Shown here: piece by piece, positions 36,638-49,600 of the stretch
How positions within the stretch are numbered: the first letter of the stretch is position 1
How the letters are laid out: each line of letters starts with the position of its first letter
From: Octopus vulgaris
Taxonomy: Eukaryota
NCBI GenBank assembly: GCA_951406725.2
Contig: OX597826.1
Coordinates: 39,990,001 to 40,054,000 of the forward strand
Length of the DNA: 64,000 nucleotides
Direction: 5' to 3'
Position numbers and translations under genes: made by a program
The notes under the pieces: model-generated
Told to the model about the DNA's origin: nothing
Database searches by the model: none
Seen by the model: the letters and a program-made list of their open reading frames with translations, nothing else

Positions 36638-39150
36638 TAGTTTTATTTTTATTTTTATAGCGTGCTTTCACTTCACTACCGAGCGCAGCTCTGTGTGCCT
36701 TGGGTATGTGCTGTGATTTGTTGTGATGCTCTGATGGTTATTGTATGGAAAGTGTTCTGCGTAGGATGTGTGCAGTGCCCAGTAGTGCAATTTTCTGTAT
36801 GTTATATGTGTTTGTAAGTCCTGGTGTTTTTGTTATGTATTTGTCTGAATATTTTTTTATCATGCCTAATGCACCTACTATGATAGGAATTGTTTCTGTT
36901 TTCAGATTCCACATTCTAGTTACCTCTATTTCCAGGTCTTTGTATTTTGAGAGTTTCTCCATTTCTTTTAGAGACACGTTGTCATCTGCCGGTACTGATA
37001 CATCAATTAGAAAGCATTTTTTTTCTTCATGGTCTCTGACAACTATATCTGGTCTGTTGGCCTTAATTTCTCTATCTGTGTGTATCGGCATATCCCAGAG
37101 TATGGTTGCTTTCTCGTTTTCTGTGACCTTTTCTGGTGTGTGCCTATACCATCTTTTTTCTGTTGTTATTCCATAATGTTGGCATAGCTTCCAATGTATG
37201 TAAGTTCCAACTCTGTCATGTCTGTGAATATATTCCTTCTTAGCCAGGACTGGGCAGCTAGAGATAATATGATTTATTGTTTCTTGTCCATCTCCACATA
37301 TTCTGCAGTTACTTGTAATATTTCTTTTCATTACATGTTTTTGGTAATTTCTGGTGGGGAGGCTTTGGTCTTGTGCTGCAATTAAAAATCCCTCTGTTTC
37401 TGCTTTGAGTCCTGAGCTTCTCAACCATTGCTGGGATTTTTCTTTGTCTATTTCTTTTGCGTTTAGTTTAGTCCAGTATTTACCATGAAGGGGCTTTTCT
37501 TGCCATCGTTTTATCATGGTTCTTTGCTGTTCTATTTTTAGTTTGGATTTCATTTTTTTTATAGCTTTTGTTGTTTCTTCATCTTCTTCTTCTTCTTCAT
37601 GTTTATTAGGTGGTATGATTTCTTGTTTGTATTTGTCAGCTTCCTTAAATACTGAGAACAGTTTTTTGTTTTGCTCGTGTTTTGCCGCTATCTGGATCAG
37701 TTTTCCTTCCTTCTGAAGTAGATATTTTTGCAGTCCTATGGTGGTTATTTTATAGTAGTTTTCCAGCTGTATAAGGCCTCTACCACCTTCTATACGTTGT
37801 ATATATAGTCTTTCTATGTCAGATTTTGGGTGATGCATCCTAGATCCTGTCATTATTTTTCTTGTTTTCCTGTCTATTTTGGTCAGTTCATTTCGTGTCC
37901 AGTTAAGGATATTGTAGCTGTAACTTATAACTGGGACAGCTAAAGTGTTGATACCTATTATCTTGTTTTTAGCATTGAGCTCTGTGTTTAGTATTGATCT
38001 AACTCGTCTATAATATTCTTTTTTTATTTTCTCTTTCATTTGTGTGTGTTGTGTCTTATCTAGTTCATGGATTCCTAAGTATTTGTAAGTTTGGCTTTGG
38101 TTTAATTCTTTTATTTCATTGGTTTTATCTAGTGTGATGTTGTTACTCTTAACTAGTTTTCCTCTTTTCATGGTTACTTTGGCGCATTTTTCTAATCCAA
38201 ATTTCATATCTATTTCTTTGGTAAATCCATGAACTGTCTTTAATAGTGTTTCCAGCTGTTTGTCATTTGCAGCGTATAGTTTTAGGTCATCCATATATAA
38301 AAGGTGGCTGATCGTTTTGCCGTAACATTTATATCCGCATCCAGTTCTATTTAGCATATCAGATAGAGGTGACAGTGCTAAGCAGAAAAGGAGTGGAGAG
38401 AGCGTATCTCCCTGGAATATTCCTCTTCTAATGGGGATGTCTTTTGTTTTCATGAGTCCCTCTTTTGTTTGGAGGTGTAGGACTGTTTGCCATTTATTCA
38501 TAGAGTGCTCTATGAATTTTATGATTGTTGGTGCTACTTTGTTAATGGCTAGTGTTTCGAGGATCCATGTGTGGGGGATGCTATCAAACGCCTTTTTGTA
38601 GTCAATCCAGGCCATACTGAGGCCTTTCTTCTTTCTGTGGCTGTCTTCAGTTATGGCTTTATTAATCATTAGTTGATCTTTACAGCCATATGAGCCTTTG
38701 CGGCATCCTTTCTGCTCTTCTGGGAACAGTTTGTTTTCGTCCAGGTGCTTGTTCAGCCTTTGTGATATCACTGCAGTAAATGCCTTGAACATAGTAGGGA
38801 GGCAGGTTATTGGTCTGTAGTTTTCTGGTTTTTCTGTTTCATTTGATTTGGGAATTAAGATGGTTTTCCCCTTCGTGAGCCATTCAGGCATTGTCTCTGG
38901 CTCTGCTAGTACGTTGTTAAAGTTTTCAGCCAGCTTTTTGTGCATTCCTGTTAGATATTTCAACCAGAAGTTGGGGATCTTGTCATGCCCAGGTGCCTTC
39001 CAGTTGCTTAGTCTTTGCAGTGCCTGGGTGACCTCTTCAGTTGTTATGGGGGTCCAAGTTTGTTCAGATGCCGAGTTTGTTATTTTGATACTCCTTTTTT
39101 TGGTGGTTCGTTCGCCGACCATATTTCTCCCCAGAATTCTTCCAATTCTT
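36634..39150 (-). mobile_element. 5'-truncated R4/Dong-clade non-LTR retrotransposon inserted in a (TAA)n microsatellite
   Basis: Flanked on both sides by (TAA)n (~36580-36633 and ~39165-39410), with a ~100-bp 3' UTR. Dong/R4-clade elements are known to target TAA repeats. Confidence 0.9.
36738..39140 (-). CDS. Uninterrupted RT - CCHC zinc knuckle - restriction-like endonuclease reading frame (N-terminally truncated)
   Basis: KAPGHD, NYRPITCL, EQKGCR, WIDYKKAFDS, GIFQGDTLSP, LYMDD, YKYLG, CRIC...ETINHIISSC, RHD and RPDIVV...IDVSVP...EKLSKY. The poly-Ile N-terminus of the supplied 894-aa ORF is microsatellite. Confidence 0.95.
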   Translation of the reverse strand, partial: RILGRNMVGERTTKKRSIKITNSASEQTWTPITTEEVTQALQRLSNWKAPGHDKIPNFWLKYLTGMHKKLAENFNNVLAEPETMPEWLTKGKTILIPKSNETEKPENYRPITCLPTMFKAFTAVISQRLNKHLDENKLFPEEQKGCRKGSYGCKDQLMINKAITEDSHRKKKGLSMAWIDYKKAFDSIPHTWILETLAINKVAPTIIKFIEHSMNKWQTVLHLQTKEGLMKTKDIPIRRGIFQGDTLSPLLFCLALSPLSDMLNRTGCGYKCYGKTISHLLYMDDLKLYAANDKQLETLLKTVHGFTKEIDMKFGLEKCAKVTMKRGKLVKSNNITLDKTNEIKELNQSQTYKYLGIHELDKTQHTQMKEKIKKEYYRRVRSILNTELNAKNKIIGINTLAVPVISYSYNILNWTRNELTKIDRKTRKIMTGSRMHHPKSDIERLYIQRIEGGRGLIQLENYYKITTIGLQKYLLQKEGKLIQIAAKHEQNKKLFSVFKEADKYKQEIIPPNKHEEEEEDEETTKAIKKMKSKLKIEQQRTMIKRWQEKPLHGKYWTKLNAKEIDKEKSQQWLRSSGLKAETEGFLIAAQDQSLPTRNYQKHVMKRNITSNCRICGDGQETINHIISSCPVLAKKEYIHRHDRVGTYIHWKLCQHYGITTEKRWYRHTPEKVTENEKATILWDMPIHTDREIKANRPDIVVRDHEEKKCFLIDVSVPADDNVSLKEMEKLSKYKDLEIEVTRMWNLKTETIPIIVGALGMIKKYSDKYITKTPGLTNTYNIQKIALLGTAHILRRTLSIQ

Positions 39151-39180
39151 CCAATTCTTCTTCTTATTATTATTATTATA

Positions 39181-39219
<39 letters not shown>

Positions 39220-39238
39220 TTTATTTTTATTATTATTA

Positions 39239-39317
<79 letters not shown>

Positions 39318-39361
39318 CATTATTATTATTATTATTATCATCATCGTTATTGTTATTATTA

Positions 39362-39411
<50 letters not shown>

Positions 39412-40824
39412 AAATAAATCATTATTATTATTGTTGTTGTCGCTGCTGCTGCTGCTGTTGCTATTCTTGTTGCTTTTGTTGTTGTTGTAAGTTAATCAAT
39501 GAAGGCCCTGATTCTAAAAATATTTAAGTCCTACGAAAATCAATACGACTAAGGTACTTTTATCAGTAAGGTCTTTAATTATACTGAAAGCCCCTTTGCA
39601 CTGTGATATCTCATTAAAATGAAAACTGATAAAAGACTATTTAACAATAAAAAAAATGAAAAAAAAATATGTTAAATGAATATACAAATAAATATATAAA
39701 TCACAAATAGCGTATATAAATCACAAATAGCGTGAAGTTGCTAAGAAAGAGAAAAAACTCAAATGACGTTCGTTCCGAGAAAGGAAGCGCTGGTGTAAGT
39801 TAAATTTAAGAAAGGATGAAGACAATTACAATCGCTTGCTAGTGGCAGTCTTGTGAAGTCAACTATAAAGAAATACTTTACTTAGAAATAGATTGTACAA
39901 GTTTGAGTGCACCGACGAAAACAGGCAGCAAGCTGCAACTACTGAAGAGATAGCGGTGATGTGGTTATGAGATGAAAAACAAAGTAGTGGCGGATAAGGA
40001 AAGAGAGTAAAATAGAAGGGCAAGCGTTGCAGTCACTTGATCACGAGAGGAATTGTGCAAGTTCTATTTGCGTTTCTAACACATTTGAATATTACCGTCT
40101 GGAAATGTATAACAACGGTGTTCGACAAATTGTTTTTCTTGTTACAGTTGTTATTTTTAACATTGCTGGAACAGACCTATTATCAAAATAGTTTCAACTC
40201 CAATCATCTGTACTTATTTGTCTATCTTGTCTGGGATTTTTGAAGACGATACGGCGTCATTCAAAGAATTTTTTTATCGATGTTTCCAGTAACTCATGCG
40301 ATAACATAGTGAATACACTGTGGCTTTGTATATAATTTGCAGATTGTAAAAATAAAATCCTTCATAAGCATTTGTCTACTTCTGGTTATTACTCTTTTGG
40401 CTGGGCTTATGTCAAACCACATCGAACATATCTAGAGCTATACATGTTGCAGGTTTTATTTGTTTCAGCTACAATGAGCCTATGACAACATCAGCCCATA
40501 AAAAATCATTTATTTTGAAAAGTAATGCGTGACATTATTAGCAGGTTGAGTTGCCATGTCGAGGGTCTCGTCAATAGTACAAAGTGTGAAAAGGAAATGT
40601 TGTCCACGAAAATAATTTCGAAAATAATATCGTAGCGTTCACCTGAATAAATGGGTATGGACAGGTATGTCCGAGGGTATTTATATATTTTTGCATTTCT
40701 TTGTATAGACAATTATGTAAGGAGTGGATGGATAGAAGGCTGGTTAATACCCTGTCGTGGACGCTATACACATCTTTTGTTCAGCAACACGATATCTTAT
40801 TGGTATATATATATATATATATAT

Positions 40825-41042
40825 TCTTTTATTCTTTTACTTGTTTCAGTCATTTGACTGCGGCCATGTTGGAGCACCACTTTTAGTCGAACAAATCGCC
40901 CCAGGAGTTATTCTTTATAAGCCTAGTACTTATTCTATCGGTTTCTTTTGCCGAACTGCAAGGTGATGGGGAAGTAAACAACAGCATCGGTTGCCAAGCG
41001 GTGGTGGTGGTGGTGGGCGACAAACACAGACACAAATGACAG

Positions 41043-41130
<88 letters not shown>

Positions 41131-41290
41131 GACAGGCTTCTTTATGTTTCCGTCTACCTAATCCACTCACAAGGGTCTGGCCGGCCCGAGGCTATAGTAG
41201 AAGACATTTGCCCAAGGTGCCACGCAGTATGATTAAACGCGGAACCATGCAGTTGGGAAGCAAGCTACTTACCACACGGCCATTCCTTCA
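40825..41290 (-). mobile_element. Octopus tRNA/CORE-type SINE, full length
   Basis: Colinear with the 21144-21564 copy. Confidence 0.9.
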
Positions 41291-41312
41291 CCTATATGTA
41301 TATATATGTATC

Positions 41313-41528
41313 GGCGAGCTGGCCGAATCGTTAGCACGCCGGGCGAAATGCGTAGCCGTATTTCGTCTGTCTTGATGTTCTGAGTTCGAATTCCGCCTAG
41401 GTCGACTTTGCCTTTCATCCTTTCGGGGTCGATAAATTAAGTACAAGTTACGCACTGGGATCGATGTAATCGACTTAATCCCTCTGTCTGTCCCCTCTAT
41501 GTTTAGCCCCTTGTGGGTAATAAAGAAA
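41313..41528 (+). mobile_element. Second SINE family (tRNA head plus Meta-like core)
   Basis: TGGCCGAATCGTTAG (A box), GAGTTCGAATTCC (B box) and GCCTTTCATCCTTTCGGGGTCGATAAA, which resembles the Meta SINE core. Confidence 0.8.
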
Positions 41529-41546
41529 CATACATACATACATACA

Positions 41547-41609
<63 letters not shown>

Positions 41610-41638
41610 GTATATGTATGTATATATATGTATGTATG

Positions 41639-41691
<53 letters not shown>

Positions 41692-41705
41692 GTATATATA
41701 TGTAT

Positions 41706-41782
<77 letters not shown>

Positions 41783-42433
41783 CAGAAAGAAAGATGTGCG
41801 TGCGTGTACGATTTAGTTTCACAAACATTTTATTATATATAGAGAGAAATGAGAGAATGTATCATTAGCAAAACCAAATATGATGATAAACGAAATACAT
41901 TTTTAAGTGGAACGGAAATTTAGAAACCTTTCAGCTCTACAAATTACTTAAGGCCAGACAATGGAGTTTTGACATCAATTCAATTATTCTTTCAGAAATA
42001 AATATGAAACACATTGCAAATGGAAAAATAAATATTGCTAAAATATACAATCCTCATCGACCTAGATTCTAGTTCTTTAACAGAAATAGTAATTCCACGT
42101 AATAAGCTACTTTCGATACGTTTAAAACATACACACATACGTGAACCTGCACGCACACACACACGCTAACAAATTCTTATTGAAATACATATGTGTGTGT
42201 GTGTGTATTCACACATACATGTGTGTAAATATATAATACATATATATATACGTATGTGTGTTGATATATATATATATGTGTGTGTTTATATACATATATA
42301 TATATATATATATAAATATAAATATATAAATATATAGATATATATATACATATATATATTCATACATATGTGTACATATATATATGTATATATATATATA
42401 TATGAATATATATGTATATATATACATATATCA

Positions 42434-42501
<68 letters not shown>

Positions 42502-42664
42502 GTATATATATGTATATATATATACATATATATGTATATATATATACATATATGCACACGCACATACGTATGTATATGTGTGTGTGTGTGTGTGCGTGTG
42601 CGTGTGAGTGTTTGTGTATAAGGAAAGTGATAGCGAGATTGAGAAAAATCAAAAGATGGTAATT

Positions 42665-42880
42665 ATTTTATTCTTTTATTTCTTTCCGTCACTTGACGGC
42701 GGCCATGCTGGAGCACCGTCTTTAGTCGAGAAAATCGACCCCAAGACTTATTCTTTGTAAGCCTAGTACTTCTTCTATCGGACTCTTAGGCCAAACCACT
42801 AGGTTACGGGGACGTAAACACACCAGCATCGGTTGTCAGGTGATGTTGCGTTGGGGGACAAACACACACACTGACAGATT

Positions 42881-42911
<31 letters not shown>

Positions 42912-43090
42912 GCACACACACACATATACGACTGGTTTCTTTCAGTTCCCGTCTGCCAAGTTCACACACAAGGCTTTGGTCGGCCCGTGGTTATAGTAGA
43001 AGACACATGCCCAAGGTGCCACGCAGTGGGACTGAACCCGAAACCATGAGGTTAGTAAGCGAACTACTTACCACATAGCCACTCCTGCGG
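42665..43090 (-). mobile_element. Octopus tRNA/CORE-type SINE, full length
   Basis: Colinear with the 21144-21564 copy. Confidence 0.9.
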
Positions 43091-43132
43091 CTATAATAAT
43101 AATAATTACTTTTATTGTAATTATTATTATTA

Positions 43133-43234
<102 letters not shown>

Positions 43235-43502
43235 ATATTATTATTATTACTACATTGACGAAGTACCGTTAAAAAAGTCAATGACGATAAAATTATCTGC
43301 CAACAATAGATACGCTGAAGTATGGTATGCATTGTCGGATACATATTGCTGATATAGATATGATAGAGAAACTCAAATACACACACAAACACATTGATTA
43401 CAAATGAATTTACATGAATTAAAGTAGAGAATGCAATATCACTGTTGATTAAAATATATGTGTGTATGTACGTATGTATGTATTTGTGTGTGTATTTAGG
43501 TC

Positions 43503-43553
<51 letters not shown>

Positions 43554-43736
43554 GTGTATACCGACATAAATATGATCAAGCCAATATATTTGTAGAGAAA
43601 AGAACTTGGGCAAAGTTTAGTAATCTTTTTCCAATCGTTGCTTATGTCTCAGTAATTGGCAACCAGGAAATGCAGCTTATAGACCAATCACGTAGCTGTG
43701 TTCTTGCCCTATTCACACACACACACATACACACAC

Positions 43737-43786
<50 letters not shown>

Positions 43787-43845
43787 GTGTGTATGTATGT
43801 ATGTATGTATGTATGTATGTAGGCATGCATGTATGTATTTATAAA

Positions 43846-45122
43846 TATACCTCGGTATGTGACTACGTAGTGGTTTTAGGATAATGTCGAAGAGGTCGCT
43901 CAGACGATGTGTAGAACAGGCTGAACCAGCTATAATGGGTCTTAGTTTAAGGTCTTTTGATTGTAGTAGCATTATGTATTTACAACCCTGTTCCTTTTAG
44001 CGTTCTGTATTTCTTATGACTTATATATTTTGGGTAAGCCATAGAAGTTGCTGGATTTCGAGATAACATCGATTTCCTGTCACATCTGCCCAAACAACAG
44101 AATCCCATGCACTATTAGCTAGTTTTGATGTAACAAACTTATATATGAACATTCCTCCCGATTTGGAACTTACTGCCATAAAAGATTGGGTTGAGAAACA
44201 TAGAGAAGTGATACCCAGTAGATTTACTGTAACCTTCATGCTAGACGTGGTCAGCCCCGTCATCAAAAACAATACGTTCCTTTTCAACGGAAAAAAAAAA
44301 TTTACCTGCAAATTCGAGGCACAGCCATGGGGACGCAATTTGCTCCAGTTTTCGGCAACTCAGTGTTGGGATAGTTGGAATAAAACCTATACATAAAAAA
44401 GTTGACGAGAACTACGGCATGACCTTCAAAAGACATATAGAGGACACATGGAAAAGATACCGCGATGACTGTTTTCTAATTTGGACTAAATCCCTAGAAA
44501 ATCTGGAAGAATTCAACATCCTACCCAACAATCTCAAATTCACAAGAGAAATAAGCAACTCACAATTATCATTTCTTGACATAATGGTAATTAAAAACAA
44601 CACCATACTCCCAACTGATATTTATTACGAAAGCACTGATACGCACCAGTTCCTAAATTTCACATCATGCCACTCAACAAAATGCAACATCCCGTACTGA
44701 CTAGCCAGGAAAATTTGTGCTATAGCGGGTGATCCAAATACCAGAAACACACGACTTATAGAACTCAAAGGATTTCTGCTCAAGCAAAATTAGATTCGTC
44801 TACATAAATAGCATACAACGATCAAAAGAGATACCCATAGGATAACTTAGGGCAACACGAAAAAGACTAATCCAACCAAGGAACACAATACCATTTCTAG
44901 TAACACACAATTCGCACCGCCAAAACATTTTGAATATCATCAAAACAAATTTGCCAAGCATAAAACAAGGTGAAAAATAAAAAAAGATATAACTAAACAA
45001 ACGTTTATCTTATACAGAAGGCACACCACAACCTAAAGAAACTATTATCAAAGACCAAATTCAACATGAAAAAAGAGGATAAAACATTCATAGTATCCAA
45101 GTATAATGATAATAGATTTGGG
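43846..45122 (+). mobile_element. Penelope-like RT relic with an inverted 5' segment (43846-44059 on -)
   Basis: On -: FYGLPKIYK..LRPIIAG.ACSTHRLS..FDIILKPL..HIPRYI. On +: RDNIDFL, ASFDVTNLY.NIP, GTAMGTQFAP, WKRYRDDCF, LKFTRE..LSFLDI, YESTDTHQFL and KCNIPY. Confidence 0.9.
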
Positions 45123-45125
45123 ACG

Positions 45126-45750
45126 TGAGGCATTTATGTGTAGTAATGCCCTTGATATAAATAACTATATTTAAAGGGAATAATTAATAAATTTTTCCCT
45201 CACTACTTGATAACTACTTGATAAATTCTTATAAAGATTTTATCCTATTTTAAAATTGCAAATTTAACCAGAATATATTCAGTGCTGAATTTTATTCTGA
45301 ATAAAGACGTGTACCGAGATGCAATTCGAAAAGTCCGCCTCTTACATAGATATATAAGTGTGAACAATTCTATGTACTATGTTGTATACATTTGGTGTTT
45401 GGCTGGTATGTTGAATTTTTGTTCATTTTTATGTGTCTTGATTATATCTGCACTGAAGATTAAAAAGTGCGTTGTGTGCACTAATTATGAAATGATATGT
45501 TTGCGGCTGAATCTGGATTTAAAAGGCTCGCTTCGAGAGCTGCATTCCCTCGCGTTCGGTACAATGTGTTTATTATGGTAGTTTTGACTTTAAGAGTCCC
45601 TCGTAGCATGAGACATTTATGTATAGTATTGCCCTTTGTATAAATAAATATATTTAAAAGGAATAATTAATAAATTTTTCCTTTATGAGGTTTTTCACGC
45701 TAACTACTTCACAAATTCTTATAAAGATTTTATCCTATTTTTAGATTGTA
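45126..45750. repeat. Direct repeat, ~135-bp units (45126-45258 and 45609-45750)
   Basis: Both contain CATTTATG..TAGTA.TGCCCTT...GGAATAATTAATAAATTTTTCC...AAATTCTTATAAAGATTTTATCCTATTTT. Confidence 0.85.
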
Positions 45751-45782
45751 TATATATACATACACATACACACACACACACA

Positions 45783-45825
<43 letters not shown>

Positions 45826-45977
45826 ATTTATATATATATATATATATATATATAAATATATATATATAAGTAAATAAATGGAGTTGAACGCAGATGCTAT
45901 TCAAATTCTTTTACTTTCGACATACGTTTCGAAGACAAAGGAATAAACGTTGTAAAATGCAAATTCATTCATCCATT

Positions 45978-46066
<89 letters not shown>

Positions 46067-46849
46067 TATGAGTGTGTAAGTGCGTGTATGTTTGTGTGTG
46101 TGTTTATGCGCACAAAAACACACACGCGCGCACACATTGCCCACCCAGACCCATTGCCACGCAGTTTGATTTAGAAATATGTGATCGCTTGATTCTTTTC
46201 TTAGTTATGAGCTGAATGGTCTTTACTTTCTAATCCTAGTCAGGACTTATACTCTTTTGTACAGACCCATCACATTATCCTATTTAAACTGTCTTATAAC
46301 CTGCTAGTGAAATGTCAGTGTCCTCAACAATACATGCCGATGATCACTACAAGTGTATATTACTTCTAGCGTTCTGTCTACGCCTCCAACTTCTTCTCGC
46401 AACTAGGTCATTAATACACAGCGAATTTTACTTATATATGTACATATAAACGCAGCCTAACCTGAGCTTTATAATTGGTGATATTTATATTTACAAGAGT
46501 AAACAGTTAGATATGTTGGCTACCACGACAAATCCACAGTCAGTTTTAACTGATAACTCAACATCTCACCGGCATGTGTTATACCAGTTTGACAATCTCT
46601 TGCTTAATACAATACGGATCTTAGCCAGACAGACGTCCTTCGAAGAAACTTTCAAGGAAGTGAATCCAGTTAATCAGTCACGAAGCTACTAATGCGACGG
46701 TATAAACCGACAGATCTGCGCGTAAATACATATCCATACATATCGGTTATGTCACTCTTCTGTAAAGGTCATAATACATGTAATCAGTGTGTCACCGGGA
46801 ACTTCATGTTGCTGCTAAGATAATATGCATTGCTATTCGCAGAAAAGAG

Positions 46850-47310
46850 TGCGCTGGGATAAATATAAACAGGGCCTTTGATATTGGACAGATATACGGA
46901 TATCAACATAAAGGATTTAGGGGAATATCCCCATCAAGAATTCTACCAAACCCGTTCACAACAGGCTCAACAGTTATTTGGGACAATATATAAATCATGT
47001 AGATATAAATCATTGAGGTTGTTTTGCTGATGTGAACATCTCTTAAAAAATCAGCGATGAGAATATCAATGGCTAACTGCTCTGGTAACAAATTCATCTT
47101 TGTAACAAAATCCCATGGGTTGTCTTGCTTATGTTGCTAAACGTCTAAGAAGTATTCTGGAGAAGCTAAGATTCTCATACTAAGAGACTGACAAATTCAT
47201 TCTTTAGTAAGTGGAATACTAAAATATGTAAAAATTATCAATGCTGCTCTTCAAATTCCAGCAATGAAAGTTCTATTCCTTTCTTAGAAACTTGTATCTT
47301 CCAGGCTAAA
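46850..47310 (+). mobile_element. Very decayed Penelope-like RT fragment
   Basis: Residual motifs only: KPVHNRLNSYLGQYI, PMG and ESSIPFLE. Confidence 0.35.
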
Positions 47311-47760
47311 TTCTAGCATATAAAAAAACTTTAAATACATACCTAAATACATATATACATATAGTCACACACACACACACGCAAACACACACATGTATAA
47401 ACATATAGGCACGGATATGAAAAGGGGGTTCATATATATACATACAAAAAGCATAAATAAATTCATATATAAATCAATATCAATTTCGATGTTCGTTAGT
47501 AAATTGCTCCTAGACTACTTTAGTTTAGATTCTATGTCTTGTAGGAGGAATTGTTAAGATTAAAAAAGAAAAGATGCTAGCATTTGATAGAAAATATGAT
47601 TCCTGTGTTCTAAGTACAACATTTACAATGGAAATATTAAATTAGACACAGCAATAAAATATATATATATTTGCGGGTGTATGTGATGTCCATCCACATT
47701 TCTTTATCATATATATACATGCATATTCATATATATAATATATGAGTAAATATATGGAAG

Positions 47761-47867
<107 letters not shown>

Positions 47868-48025
47868 TACAAGTTAAACCGACAAAAAATAATTATCGAT
47901 TTTATGTAATTTTCGTTTTCGTTAAAAACAACTTTGAAGGTTGATTGACTTGATTGTTCTGGTATTTGATTGAATAATGTGATTTGTTGCTGCACTTCGC
48001 TTGTATTATACACACATACCTAGAT

Positions 48026-48057
<32 letters not shown>

Positions 48058-49600
48058 ACGCATATGTAGTTGCTCTTGTTGTAATTAGGCAATATATTAA
48101 TTGACAGATTTATGTTTGTGAACACTCTCCATTATTAAACACTGCACCACTCGTACCACGTATTCATGTGTGTCTACGAGTCTGTCTATATGTGAATGTC
48201 TTACATTTAAATATATTACATTTATAGACTCAAAAGCATACGCACGGATAGAAATAGATTGATGTTTTTTTTATTATGTGATACGTAAATATAAATATAA
48301 AGATTTTCAGGCCCCTCTCTTTCTCTCTCTCACTTTCTACCCAGCTCCCTCTCTCATACATATGTGTGTGTGTGCGTGTATGTGTGTAACATAGGGCAAT
48401 TAACTATTTGACGCAGTAGTAAAGTCTTGATAGTTCTGGACATGCTACGCCTAGTGCAATGTTTCTTATGCATGGAGATTTAGCTTGTTTCATTTTAAAA
48501 ATAAGAATATTGTTTGTTTTGGAACATCAGTATGTTGCTGCAAGATATTTTACACTGATTATAATCTTGAGAGTAAAGCATTGATGCATCATGGATGAGA
48601 AATGGGATGTGCAGTACCTATGGGGCTGTTGTGTCTACTATCTTACTTTTTAGCATTGTTGACAGATGACTTTTGCTACATCTGTCAACATAGTTCCCTG
48701 AACTTAAGAGAAATGTTTTCTAACACTGACATGATTGCATTGGCCTAAAGTTTGTACCAATATCTTCTAACCTAGCCGTGATGGCGATTCAGAAAAAAAA
48801 ATTAATAGCTCAACGCGATGAGTTGTGGTTTGTGAATGTACACCAAAATAAAGTGACATTATAAAGCTTTAGTCCGGAACCTTCGTCTACAACAACTTCG
48901 CAAAGAAGAAAAACGAGAAAAAAAAAAAAGAAACAGCAGAAAACTTGTCTGCGTAACCATTTAAAGACATCGTTTTGGTGATTTGCAAATGCAAGTAATT
49001 AAATAACTGCCACTCTAATAAGAGGTGTGTATTTTAAACAACATTCCCTTCTTGTCGTAAATGATGTGCAACGTTAAAATCACTAGAATACAACTGTGTG
49101 TGTGCGCGCACACGCGCGTGTTTGTGTGTGTGTATATGTGGATATGTATATATATCTGCATATATATATATATATGTGTGTGTGTGTGTATGTGTGTGTG
49201 TGTGTGCGTGCGTATAAATACATATGTATGCATGCTTATATACCAAAGCGAGTAGCCATATCAACGTGGCAGTTGAATGATACTACTAGTTCACCCCCAG
49301 ACAGATTCTCTGTCAGCTGGTTTTCGGTGAAACGCTCTCCACCTTTTATCTAAAATACGTCGCTAGCAGGGGGAGCGAACCCCTACTATCCTCCAGCAGC
49401 TAACAGGATCGCGGGACTGGCCCAGTTTCGAGCTGTATATTATACGTTAGTTTTCTATCTCTTCTTGAGATTTTAGAACTATGCTTATATAGTTATATAT
49501 GTATGCATGTATATCTATGTATATATGCATGTATGTTTGTATATATATATAGAGAGAGAGAGAAAAAAAGAGAGAGAGGGAGAGTAAGAGAGAGAGAGGG

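Noticed and set aside
39141-39422. Poly-Ile N-terminus of the 894-aa ORF as a signal or membrane segment
   Set aside because: It is the (TAA)n target microsatellite read in frame by chance; the element is 5'-truncated.
39730-40700. Possible decayed pogo-type transposase or exon-bearing unique DNA
   Set aside because: Only isolated motif-like scraps across frameshifts; not assignable by eye.
48657-48690. 12-bp hairpin TGTTGACAGATG-N10-CATCTGTCAACA as a terminator or miRNA
   Set aside because: Eukaryotic context, too short for a pre-miRNA and no other support.
49350-49410. Hammerhead-like CTGGAGGA-TAGTAGGGG...CCCCTGCTA on -
   Set aside because: The hairpin is good, but both core halves deviate (GCGAC instead of GAAAC) and there is no stem I.
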